Of a stretch of 64,000 nt of DNA, positions 24,629-36,166 are shown piece by piece (the stretch's first letter is position 1; every line of letters starts with the position of its first letter). The translations under genes and the position numbers were made by a program. Source of the stretch: Camelus dromedarius (Eukaryota); NCBI RefSeq assembly GCF_036321535.1, contig NC_087437.1, forward strand, positions 119,724,001 to 119,788,000, written 5' to 3'. A model generated the notes under the pieces. The model saw only the letters and a program-made list of their open reading frames with translations, ran no database searches and was not told the DNA's origin.

Positions 24629-25465
24629 GGCGCCCAACTTCCATTTCTCTTCTGGGGCTCCTTTTGGATGGTGCTCTGCAGAGTTCTTTTAGCCCAGAGC
24701 TTTGTTAAAGGGCTAGTTAAAGTGAATGAGTCCACACAACCTGATGAGCCACAGGCAGTTTACTGACCATATGCACTCCGTGTGGACCACGTACACACTC
24801 GTGTCCACACACATGCACGTGTGTGTGTGCACACCCCAAGCTGGACGTGTCGTCTAAAGGTGGAGTTGACAGACCTCATCTCCTCCGGGGGAGCTGATGT
24901 GGCCCCAAACCCCCGCTCTGGCCGCCCGCCCCTCATCATCACCTCTCCGTGTCTTCTGGACCCTTCCCGACTCCCCAGTTACAGACACTGAGCACCCTCT
25001 CTGTACCCTTGGCCAGAGAGCCCAGGAGCTGTCCAGCCCATATTTCTGGAATGAATGAGTGAAAGCGTTTCTCAGTGCAAAGTTGCTCAAGTTCAGAGTT
25101 TGGAGAGTGGAGTCTTCCTTAAATGTACATTTACATAAGAAATACCTGTCCCTGAATGGCTGCGGGGGCCTGTGCAAGAGTGGAACTTCCAGAGAGCACT
25201 TCTGCTGCATGGCCAGCCAGTCCCCGAGGTGCCGCCCCCTGCTGCGCGGAGCTGGGCCGCGGCTGGGTGGGAGGGGGCGCCCGTCGCCCACTGTGGGCCG
25301 CCCTCCCCTGCAAGCACCTCGCTTGTCCGTCGGGGCTGTTTTCTGTGATCCTCCGTCACGCTGACACCTGCCTTCTCTCATCCTGCCCTCAACTTCCCGT
25401 CGCTCTGGTGTTTCACAGTCTGTTTTGTTGTTGCTGTTTCGTTGTGTGTTACACAGACAATTTTT

Positions 25466-26206
25466 ATATCAAGTATTCTTTTTTATTGCATGTATATATT
25501 TTATTGAAGTATGGTCAGTTCACAATGTTGTGTCAATTTCTGGTGCACAGCATAATGCTTCAGTCATGCATGAATACACATATATTCGTTTTCACATTCT
25601 TTTTTACCATAAGTTACTATAAGATATTGAATATAGTTCCCTGTGCTGTACAGTATGAATGTGCTGTTTATCTGTTTTATATCTATTAGTTAGTATCTGC
25701 AAATCTCCAATTCCCAATTTATCCCTTCCCACCCCCTTTCCTCCTGGTAACCATAAGTTTGTTTTCTATGTCTGTGAGTCTGTTTCGGTTCTGTAAATAA
25801 GGTCATATGTCTTTTTTTTTTTTTGATTCCACATAGAAGTGATATCATATGGTATTTTTCTTTCTCTTTCTAGCTTACTTCACTTAGAATGACAATCTCC
25901 AGGTCCATGCATGTTGTTGCAAATGGCATTATTTGATTCTTTTTTATGACTGAGTAGTATTTCATTGTATAAATATACCACAACTTCTTATCCAGTCATT
26001 TGGCGATGGGCATTTAGGTTGTTCCATGTCTTGGCTGTTGTAAATAGCGTAGGAATGTAGTTTGGTGCAAACATTATGAAAAACAGTATGGAGATTCTTC
26101 AAAAAACTAAAAATAGACTCACCACATGATCCAGCAATCCCACTCCTGGGCATGTATCCAGAGGGATCTCTAATTCAAAAATATCCACGCACCCCAGTGT
26201 TCACAG
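25466..26206 (-). mobile_element. Relatively young, 5'-truncated and 5'-inverted L1
   Basis: The antisense L1 3'UTR and ORF2 end (about 25466-26049) abuts a sense-oriented L1 ORF2 piece (26050-26206). The orientation switch is visible in the ORF-track peptide 25962..26153. Confidence 0.85.
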
Positions 26207-29200
26207 ACGTTCTTAGATGGTGATGAGCAGCCTGGGCCCCGAGGCTCCATCCTGCTTGTCCTCCTCTGGCATTTCATACCTGTGTCCCTCAGCTGCCATG
26301 TAGTCTTTTGACTGACCAACTTTCAGTAACTGCCTAGTGTGACTTGATTACTTTTATATATTACCCGTTGAAAGACATGTGTAAAACCTTTGCAAAGGAG
26401 ACGGCTTTTATGAAAGCAGAGGACTAGCTCCCCCCAAATGACTTTGTAGCATGGAGAGAATTAGTTCACCTGGTGAGTCTTTTTCTGATGAACTAAGTTT
26501 ATCTCAGTTTAGTTAATCCTTAATTTTCCTGCAAACACCAGGTTTAGGGAATAAAACTCATTGAAATATTAAAATGTAGCAGTATTATTAAAAACTGACA
26601 CGGCTGAACAGCCTCAGAGCTCTTCATGCCTGTGTCACGTCCACCCTTTCGGTGCTCTTGCTGCGGCCTGTCAGTAGGGCAGGCGGGGTGGAGACGGCAT
26701 TTCCAGTAGAGAGAGGAGGGCTGGGGGAGAAGGGGGCTCGCTGCGGGGGCCGAGGCATGGCTGTGGGGCCCCACGCTCACAGCTGCGGAGCCCCGCGGGG
26801 GCCGAGGACCCGGGACAGCGCTCCACACACACGTGGCTCAGCCGGGCGGTGCCGGCCTCACAGCAGTCAGTCCGGGGCTCGCACGACCTGGCCCGGGTTG
26901 GAGGCCAGCACGGCAGCCCTAGCACCCAGCTCAGAGCGTGTGTCCCTGACCAGCACGTCTCATCACAGGACAGACCGAAACAGAAGACCTCTTCTGCTTA
27001 TTTATGAAATAAAAAGGGATCATTTCTAGTCCCATGTGTGCTATGGATGGTGAAAGAGGAGGTGGAAATGCCAGTCGGAGCAGCGTCCACAGCGGTCCTG
27101 TTCCCGGCTTCCGTGCACGGCATGCATTAGGAACCCTGCATCGGCCCTGCCCGCGGGTCCCTCTCGGCTGCAAGGGCTGCCTGTGGCTTTCTTAGTGAAA
27201 GATGAACGGCCAGCTGCAGTGAAGCTCCGGGCCTGGCCCAGTCGGCTTCCATGAGAAGCAGCAGGGAGAGGTGGGTGGAAACCCCTGACCTCTGAAGGCT
27301 AAGAGGAGAAAACTGTATAATCAGGTGGGTGGGGAAATGCCAGCTTTCTGCAGGAAGGAAGGACTGTAGCCCCCCCGCCCAGGTCCCCACCTCAAGTTCA
27401 CAGTCGCAGCCTTCAGTTCTCACGTGCAGCCTGGGTGAGACCGCCGAGCACAGGCAGGAACGGGGAAGGGGCTCCGAGTCACCCAAGGTGACGCCACCCG
27501 GCCTCCACCGCTGGGGAGCTGAGCTCTGCTGAGGAAAGCTATTTTGCAAAGTGTTACTTTGAGTTTGGAAAGCGGAACCCTTGGCTGGTTTTTAGGGCAA
27601 TGTTTGAATTATAGCAGAACAGCCCAGTGATGACTTTGAAGCCACCCGACCACAGAGCAGCTGAGCCCTGTGTGCTGGGCCAGGTCTCAGGGGCCTGCGT
27701 CCGTGTAGAACCCGGGGGCGTCCAGCCCCGGCTGACCTTGGCCCCGGCAAGGCAGCCTTTTAAAGGAGATCAGCCTCTTTGGTGACTCTCTCCTGAAGAG
27801 TCGGATGCCCACGAGGCGAAGGTGGGGATAGGCCTCCTGGCTGCTACCCTCCTGGTGGACTGGGCCCCCTGCCCGCCACCCTGTGTCTTGACCCTGGGGT
27901 GGATGCTCCTTCCTGGGCCAGCCTTCCTCACAGCCCTCCAGGCCCGGCCTCTCTTGGGCCCCAGCTCACTAGAGGACGCTTCTTCAGGACCTCTGCTCCC
28001 CTCGGGGCCACCTCCCTGACCTTGAGGATTCCTCCTTTCTCCCTCACTTACACTTGATGGATTGGTTCATCCGAGCACTTGTCGTGGGAAACCCAGAAAG
28101 TGCGCAGCAGCAGAGGAGTAGGAGGGCGAGCACCTGGGGAGGACGTGGGTGCCAGCAGGCAGAAGGGCAGACATGTGGCGTTCTGTCTCGTGTGACAAGG
28201 AGCAGGTCACCTGTAAAGAGATGGGCCCGGCTGGCGTGCTATGGCATGAGGGAGCCAGTCCTCCCCGAGGAGCACCCGGCACACACACGCCGTCTTTGCC
28301 AGACCCTCTGGCTGCTGCTGGAGAGGGTGCCCCTCAGGCGCGCGTACTCCCTGCCCCACTGCAGCCGTGGCTGGCGGGCTGCCCGTCCCACGCACCGGCC
28401 GAAGCACGGTGTTCAGCGTCACGGCTCAGGGAACAGTTCTGTGACGGTGACAGCCCCGTCTGCGGGCCAGAGACCAGGCAGGGCTCCAGCCCCCACAGCC
28501 AGACTGCTCAGACAAGCACTTCTGTCCCCCGCCCTGCTTGCTGCTGCTGGGGTGGACATGGCTTGGCGGGTGCTGCTGCTGGGCATGGCTTGGCGGGCTG
28601 GTGGCCTTCTGCCCTGGATGGGGTGTTTGGTTTTGAGGTATGAGGTATGATTTGTACAAAGTACACAGGTCTTCAGTGTCTGGCCTGACAGATGTTTAGC
28701 TGCTCACCTGGGAAGTCGTCCCCTGGGCTAAGGTCTGGCCCCTTTCCAGCTCCCAGAGGGCTCAGTGCGCCCCGTCCCCATCATCACCTCCCCCGGGTGA
28801 CCATGAGTCTCACCAGTGTCTCACGGATTTGTCTCCCTGCTCCTGAACTCCGTGGTGGAGTCCTCCCACTCGTGCTCCTCTGTGTCAAGCACATTTTGTT
28901 TTGAGACCCATCCTCATCGTTGCATGGGCCTGTAACACGCGTTCAGTTATGTAAATCTAGCAGGATGGCCTGTTCCTCAGTCCTGGGTAGGTGGTCCTGG
29001 GATGCCGGGCACTCGGCGCTCAGCAATCGCCTTTGCGAGGTCCCACACGTGTTTGCTGTGCACGCGTCAGGAGGGGTTGCTGGGCACCCGAGGAACCTTC
29101 CTCACCGTGGGCTCTCTGTGGGTCCTGCAGACAGATCGCCCTGTGGTGCCTTATTCCCCCTGGAACGCTGTGGAGATAGGGGCAGCCATTCTCACGCTGC

Positions 29201-29267
29201 ACCCCTGCTGGACCTCACCTGAGTGCCTGTTCTCTCTCTGGCTTCTGTCCTCCCCACGAATGCCCAG

Positions 29268-29400
29268 GGTGAGCTGCACAGGTTCTGCACTGCTCCGAAT
29301 GAGGGTGAAGTCCATTTCCACAGCCAGAGCCAGAAAGCAGGGGACACCGCACCCCACCGGCTCCCGGGCAATGGGACTGACTGCGGCTGGGCCCCATTTG
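29268..29400 (+). CDS. SLC37A1: SLC37A1 coding exon 3 (GELHRFCTAPNEGEVHFHSQSQKAGDTAPHRLPGNGTDCGWAPF; luminal loop)
   Basis: cccag|GGT ... TTTG|gtgagt; 133 nt. Confidence 0.95.
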
Positions 29401-30117
29401 GTGAGTTCCCCATCCGTCTCCCTCCCCATGTTCGTCCTCTGGCTGAAGCAGGCCGTCCCTGCAGGGCTCCTCCATAGACGGCCAGGCCCAGAGCTGGTGG
29501 TGTGGCCGTGGCCAGCCAGGCTCTCCCAGCGTCACTGATCTCAGCAGCGTGATGGTGCTCACGGATGCAGCTGCACCTCGAGGTACAGACTAGTCTGTCC
29601 TCTCCTAGCAAACTGGCCTTCTCCCTCAGCCGCTGTGTGTCCTGCGCCTGTGTGCGGGGCCGTCGTACCTGGAAAAGTCTCTCTTGGCAGGAGATCTGCT
29701 GAAGATCACTCTCACTTGGCATTTGTCAAAGACAGCAGCCAGGACTGGCCGGCATAAGCCGTGTGGGTGGGAAGAAGAGAGGATCTCAGCGCGTGGTGTG
29801 GGGTGGCTGGGGGTCTCAGAGCAGCCAGGGTAACACGTGGAGCAGACGAGCAACCACGTGCTCGCTGCCAGCCTGGATCCGCCCTGAGCGCAGGAACGCC
29901 TATTTAGCGATTATTTTACTATTATTGGAAAGGAGGCGACTTTTCCCCCTTGCCGTATTTTCTGCGTTCAGAACCACCTCTTTCCAGTCTGAGTTCACTG
30001 CCCAGACTCAGAGAACAGAAGCTTTGTGTTTTATTGCCCCCTCCCAAACATCAACTGGTATTTCATGAAAACTAAACAACCCTCTCCTCCTGCTGCTGCT
30101 GTTTGACGCGCGTGCAG

Positions 30118-30196
30118 ACCAGGACAACTATCAGCAGCTGCTCGGGGCCCTGGATTACGCCTTCCTGTGCGCATACGCCGTCGGCATGTACCTGAG
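30118..30196 (+). CDS. SLC37A1: SLC37A1 coding exon 4 (DQDNYQQLLGALDYAFLCAYAVGMYLS)
   Basis: gtgcag|AC ... AG|gtaggt; 79 nt. Confidence 0.95.
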
Positions 30197-30669
30197 GTAG
30201 GTCCGCTGGCGACCCCGGGCCCTCGCCGGGCAGCCCAGCGCGTGCAGCGCGCGCCTCGGCGCCAAAGGACGGGGAGCGCGGGCTCGCCCACAGGCGGCCA
30301 GCCCCCAGCCTCTCCTCAGAGACGGGGTCCGTATGTGCCCTCTGTGTCGGCCAGGCAGCGCGTTCACATGTCCCGGGTGTCCTGCCGGTCAGGCCCACTG
30401 TCCTCGGACGGCCTGCCTGGCCCGGGGTTAGGGCGCACTGTGAGCCCTGCCAGGATGTGGTCACTTAGGAACATGTGCTGGCAGCTCCCTGCCCCGTACA
30501 CACAGCACAGCACACCCTCTCTGGTTTCAGGGGCCACGTCTGTTTACTGATTCCACCTACATCAGAGTAGTTTATAGCAGACGTGCTTGGCAGGCCCAGC
30601 TCGGCCCAAACAGCACCTCACCTGCGTGCACAGAGGCTGTCCCGCCTGGCGGGTGGGTCCAGAGACACA

Positions 30670-30885
30670 TCTCTGGGACTTGATCCCAGCTTTTCCACAT
30701 GCTTGTGTGGCTTTGGGCAAGTTACCTTACCTCTCTGGGCCTCAGTTTCCCCTTTGCCGAATGGGGGAAGTAGTAGTTCTTAACTCAGGACTGTGACAAA
30801 AGGATTGAGTGAGTGGTGCCTGTCGAGTGCTCAGAACAGTGCCTGGCACGTGCCGTGCTCCCAGCATCTGTACCATGATGATTAT
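30670..30885 (+). mobile_element. MIR SINE
   Basis: tgtgtggctttgggcaagttaccttacctctctgggcctcagtttcccc ... agaacagtgcctggcac. Confidence 0.8.
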
Positions 30886-31517
30886 CCCGTCCCCGCGTCT
30901 GTCCTGAGCTGCCCTCGGAAGGTGGCGAGTGTCCTGTGGGTAACAGACATGCAGTAGGCTGATTGAAACCTGGTCTCATGTCAGTCCAGCCGGGTTTAAC
31001 AAAAGCATCATAGGAACTAAGGCCTTTTGCCCAAAGAGGCCTTTGTTCAGAGACAGAGGTCCTTAGAGCTTTGAGAATCCCCAGAATCCCTGTGAATGCT
31101 TCTCTCCCCTGAGACCCACCCAGACTGTGGCATCATCAAGACCCAGGCCCCCTCCCCAGCGCAGGACCCTTCTGAGCGGTTGGTGCCCAGACAGGCGGCT
31201 TGTGCTGGCGGAGTGGATGGCGCCCCCTTGTCTTTGCACGTCTGCGCTGCCCGCAGGGCTGGTCCAAGGGAGGGAACGGGGCACTCAGGATCAGGAGTGG
31301 GAAGCCTGGATCCGGCGGCGCTCGAGCCTGGGCGCCTTAGGGGCAGGGTTGCAGCCCAGCCGCCAGCCGCAGCCCAGCCGCCAGCCACAGGCCACCCTGG
31401 GGCCCAGTACCTGTGTTCTGGAGACTGCAGTGTTACTGGACACCAGTAATCAGTAACATAAAGATACCCAAAAGCTGAGGTGTGATTTTCTCGGTTACTA
31501 GAAAACAGTATTTAAAT

Positions 31518-31716
31518 GTGGCTCTCAGCTGGGGGAGCTTTTGTCTCCTAGGAGACATTAGTGCTACCTGGAGACGTTTTCGGCCGTCTCAGCTGGAGCA
31601 GGGCGTCAGTGGGCAGACCAGGGCGCTGCTGAGTGTCCTGCAGCACACAGGACAGCACCTTGCTGCGGAGGGCTGCCTGGCCCGAGATGTCACGGGAGCT
31701 GGGGTTAGGAATCCTG
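31518..31716. mobile_element. MER20 hAT-Charlie MITE
   Basis: gtggctctcagctggggg..ttttgtc..ggagacatt..tggagacgttttcgg ... cacaggacagc ... ggttaggaatcctg. Confidence 0.75.
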
Positions 31717-33499
31717 GTTTGAGTAAAGCGGTTTCATTGTTACTTATTTATTGGCAAAGATCATTCCTCATGATTCAAGTTGCCAGTGAGGGTTATTATG
31801 AAATTCCTTCTAATGTGAGACTCCCCCATAGGCTCATGGCTGCAACGAGGGTGAACCCTGCCTCCTTGCATGTCCTTTCGGTGACATCGTGACACGTGGC
31901 TAGTGAAGCGGATTGTGTATGTCACACGAATCAGATACAGAGGCACCTTCGTTAACCCAGGTCATGGCCGGCAGGTTCATGCAGGTGTGGCGTGGCCTTT
32001 ATTACCTGTGTGAGGCTCACACAATGTAGAATGGCGTCCATTCTGTTAGGCCTTTTCTTTTAAAACTTTTAAGTGGAGACCAGATTGGGGCCCAGTGTGG
32101 CACAGCAGGACCAGAGGGCGTTGGCATCCCTTGCTGATGGCGCCCTCTCAGGAGGCCCGTCTGACTCTGCCGCTTGTTCTGTGACCTTGGGCAGAGGGGC
32201 CAGCGCTTCTGGGACATGTTTCCTCTTCTCCGAAGTGAGCAAGATGAAGTAGGTGATTCCTTTAGCTCTAGAATGCTCTTGCGTTTGGATGTGATCAGTT
32301 TCTACTCAGCTCAAAATTTGACCCGAATGTGGTTTATAATTTTGAGTTACCTCCTCTGCTTTAGCGTTTAAAAGGCCATTTACATGATACGGGGGAGGTA
32401 CGTTTTCTGTGGTAAATTCAGAAGTGAAAGCTCCATGGTGTGTTGGTTCTTGAGAGGAAAGACCGGGTTCTGGAGATAGTTCCCCGGGCACTGCCCACGG
32501 GCAGGCGGGCATCGTTCCCCACTACGCTTCATGCCCACCTGCTCCTGGAACGGCCGCCTGGAAGGAAATGAGAACCACAGAGTGCTTGAATGTCACGAAG
32601 CGCTCGCAGTCGTTTATAATTAGTCTCCAGTTTTTTATTCACTTAATAAGTCACAATTTCAAGTTGTTCCGAAGTGACATCTCCCATAAGGCAGTGAAGA
32701 CTGTATCTCACACGGCATCGGGCGGTGCGGTGTGAGGGGTTAAAAGCCTGCTGCGTGCACGTCCCGCGTGAAACTGGAGACGTCTCTCCCGCAGCAGCAC
32801 CACCGCAGCGTTTCACTGAGTCCCCACCACCTATGGGCATTTTCCCTGCGCTTGTCTCTTTGGACCCAGGCAGCTCTAGGAAGAAGTTCTCCGGAGAGAT
32901 TAGCTCTTCACTGAGTCACACTGCTGTTCAGAAGGAGCACGGAGGCTCTCCCCCCATGTTTCAGGCTTTACCTTAAGGAAAATGCTCCGTCTCTAAGGCG
33001 CATCACAGTGGCTGAGGCAGGAGGGGTCGTCGGCAGAGCGCCGCCCGCCTGGCCGCTGTTGCAGGGGCTTCGTGACGGCTAAGAGCTGAGAGACCCGCTC
33101 GAGGTCACGGGGCACCTTTCGTGTCACTTGTCCACAGCCTGACAGCTGAAATTTGTAGGTACTGTGTATGTTCGCAGGATGCTGTTTATTTAGAACAGGA
33201 TTAGCTAGCAGGACAGGTTTGGGTTTTTTAAGCTGGCAGTCACCCTGTGTCATAGCGTTTAAGCTTTATTATTCAACAGTGACTTTTACTAGAAATAAGA
33301 AGTCTTAAAAGATGTTGCCAGTTTCTGGCTAAGTGCTCCACTGAGAAATAGTTGTGATTAAAATTTCCTGGGAACTGTAGTGCCGTGGAGTTCTAAAAGC
33401 TCAGAGGACAGCATGGAAACATCCAGAAAGAAGTTGCTGGGCCACTTTCAATCCGAGTGTGTCGCGCCCTCACTTGTCCTCCTTCCCCTCCGTCCACAG

Positions 33500-33635
33500 T
33501 GGCGTGATAGGGGAGCGCCTCCCTATCCGGTACTACCTCACGGCGGGAATGCTGGCCAGCGGGGCGCTCACCGCCCTCTTCGGGCTGGGCTACTTCTACG
33601 ACATCCACAGTTTCGGATTCTACGTGGTGACGCAG
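33500..33635 (+). CDS. SLC37A1: SLC37A1 coding exon 5 (GVIGERLPIRYYLTAGMLASGALTALFGLGYFYDIHSFGFYVVTQ)
   Basis: ccacag|T ... CAG|gtgagg; 136 nt. Confidence 0.96.
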
Positions 33636-35036
33636 GTGAGGTCTGGGTCCCCGGCCACCACGTGCGGGGCTCTGCGATGAGCTGGCCGCGGGGCTCGTGT
33701 CGCGGGCGCCTGCTCTGCCGGGGGAGAAGACGGCAGACGATGGGGGTGGGGGCAGAACTGTGTCCTGCCTGACGTCAGGGTCAGCACTGCCCTCTCCCTC
33801 CACTGCCCTGAAGTTCTAGCCGCTGTGAAGTTTTCCTTATTTTCAGGAGTTGTGTCTTTAAGAATCCTATTTGTCAGCCCTCCTGCTGGGGGACTGAAGC
33901 CTGAAGCCCTCAGGAACCCTTCTGCCTTAATTTAGATGCACTTGAGATGCTGGGTCTTGTGACAGAGGAGGTGAAGGGACGTGGGGCGTGGCGAGGGTGG
34001 AGGATGAGGGACTTGGGAGGGTCTGAAGCAGTCGGCGGGAGGAAGGGCAAGGGCCCAGCGGTGCCACAGGGTGTGCGGCCCTCCCAGCTGCCCACCCACC
34101 GCTGCCCCCCCCCCCCCGCCACCGCCTTCCTGGAACCCTTGGCTCCGCCCCTCTCAGCAGCCCTGTGGCTAACCTTGACAAGAAGTGGAAAAGGACTTAA
34201 AATAATGATGCTCACCTTCTGAGGCTCCCAAACAGCCCAGGAGGATGTTTTAAAATCATCAAGGCAAATTATATGTCATTTGCTTTTAAAAATTTCACCA
34301 TAGGACTTGAAAAAGTTTGGCTGTTTTAATTACAAAAGTAGTTCAAACTTTATAGTAATATAGACAAAGAGAAGGAAAAACAATTTCCCGGAGCCAGCAC
34401 ACCCGGGAGGGAAGGCAAGCCTGGCTGGCCCGAGGCTAGGCCAGCGGCCTCCAGGCTCTGGAGAGGGCTGCTTCCCAGAGGCGGCGGGAGGAGGCACAGC
34501 CGCCCTAGTTTCCCGCTGCCCTCAGGCTCCTGCACCTAAGCAAAGCCGCTTTCTAACTCCTCGTTGAAAGCTGAGCTCGGTGCCCCTGGAAGTGGAGAAT
34601 CAGCGTCCCCAGGCCCTCAGTCAAGGTCGCGCCTGTCGCAGAGGAGCGTTAGCAGCAGGGCCGTCCTCATAACGCGGGAGTGAGCGCACGCTGCGCACAC
34701 GCCGGGCCTGCGGGACAATCAGCTCTACAAAAAGAAAAAAGTTTCTTTTTTTATTAAGATTTAGATTAGAAAGAGACGGGGGAAGTTTGGCCCAACCTAT
34801 TAATAGTAGCAAGAGGTTTTTTTTCTTTCCTTTCTCTGCTTAATCCAAATTTTCTCAATAGGCACATATTACTTCGTAATAAGATGTATATATATAAATT
34901 GTTCGAAATACATCTCTGGCCGTTGAGGCTTACATCAGATCTTTTTGTGCGAGTCCCCCTCTGCACCAGACTCCTGGAGATGGGCCCCGGGCGCCTTGTC
35001 TGCCCAGTGAGTCCCCGGCTTTGCCCTCAACCACAG

Positions 35037-35113
35037 GTCGTCAATGGACTGGTGCAGACCACCGGCTGGCCCAGCGTCGTCACCTGCCTCGGCAACTGGT
35101 TTGGAAAAGGAAG
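35037..35113 (+). CDS. SLC37A1: SLC37A1 coding exon 6 (VVNGLVQTTGWPSVVTCLGNWFGKGR)
   Basis: ccacag|GTC ... AG|gtgagg; 77 nt. Confidence 0.96.
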
Positions 35114-35999
35114 GTGAGGAAGGCAGCCTGTGTCGGGCAGCATTTATTGTCAGAAGATCCTGATGGAAACCAGACCACTCTGGCTTTAGTTTTCCTTTAG
35201 ATTTATTACAGAAAAAAAACACTTCAGTCTACTCTATGAAATCAGGTGATTGAAACCTCTGGGACTTGAGGTTCTGAGATTCAGATGGACCTTTGTCCCA
35301 GGAGATGGTACCCTTGTGGGCGGGGTGGTGTCTGGGTCAACCCCACCTGGCCTCTGGGGAACCTGGGAGAAATGCAGTCAGGGCCTCGCCCCAGGCCTTT
35401 CCAAGCAGAGACTACATTTTCCCGAGACTGTGAGGCACAGGGAAGTGTGACACGCCCTGACTAGGTCACCCAGGGCCCAGCAGCAGAGCTGCACCCAGCC
35501 TCTGGTGACCTGAATGCGGTCCCATCCCTTGTAACGTCTGTGACGCACAGCACGGCCAGGCCCACGGTTCAGAAGTGGTAGAGACGCTAAGCAAGGTGGG
35601 GACACCAGCCCACCCAGTCTTGTTTAGCTCTCCATTCATCCATCCGGTGGGTTCGCCAGCATGAACTTTTATTAACAGGATATTTCATCAAATGATTATA
35701 TTTAGGTTGCCAAGGCACAAATTTAAATTTGGGGCCTTCCAAGAATTTCAGGAAAAGGCCTCTTTCCTCTCATAATCATAGAAGGCATAAGCTCAGGGAG
35801 ATACGTCATCTTACAGCCTGAGGTAAAGTGAAGATACAGTCACCTTGCAAGCACCCCTGGTCCCATGTCTTGCAGAGGCAGCGTGTTTATTTCCACACCA
35901 GCCCTCACACGTGCAGGCGGGCACTCTTGTGTCCTACGTGTCCTGACCCATTTAAGCCTCGAGACATGGTTTGCCACCCTGTGTTTTGCTGTGTTGCAG

Positions 36000-36166
36000 G
36001 CGAGGTTTGATCATGGGGGTCTGGAATTCCCACACATCCGTGGGCAACATTCTGGGGTCCCTGATTGCTGGCTTCTGGGTGTCCACGTGCTGGGGCCTGT
36101 CCTTCATCGTGCCCGGGGCCATCGTGGCGGCCATGGGGATAGTGTGCTTTCTCTTTCTCATCGAAC
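36000..36166 (+). CDS. SLC37A1: SLC37A1 coding exon 7 (RGLIMGVWNSHTSVGNILGSLIAGFWVSTCWGLSFIVPGAIVAAMGIVCFLFLIE)
   Basis: ttgcag|G ... C|gtaagt; 167 nt; carries the GlpT-family RG-x5-WN-like motif. Confidence 0.97.

Noticed and set aside
34105..34117. Long poly-C run
   Set aside because: Simple homopolymer; the length is sequencing-error prone and there is no functional evidence.
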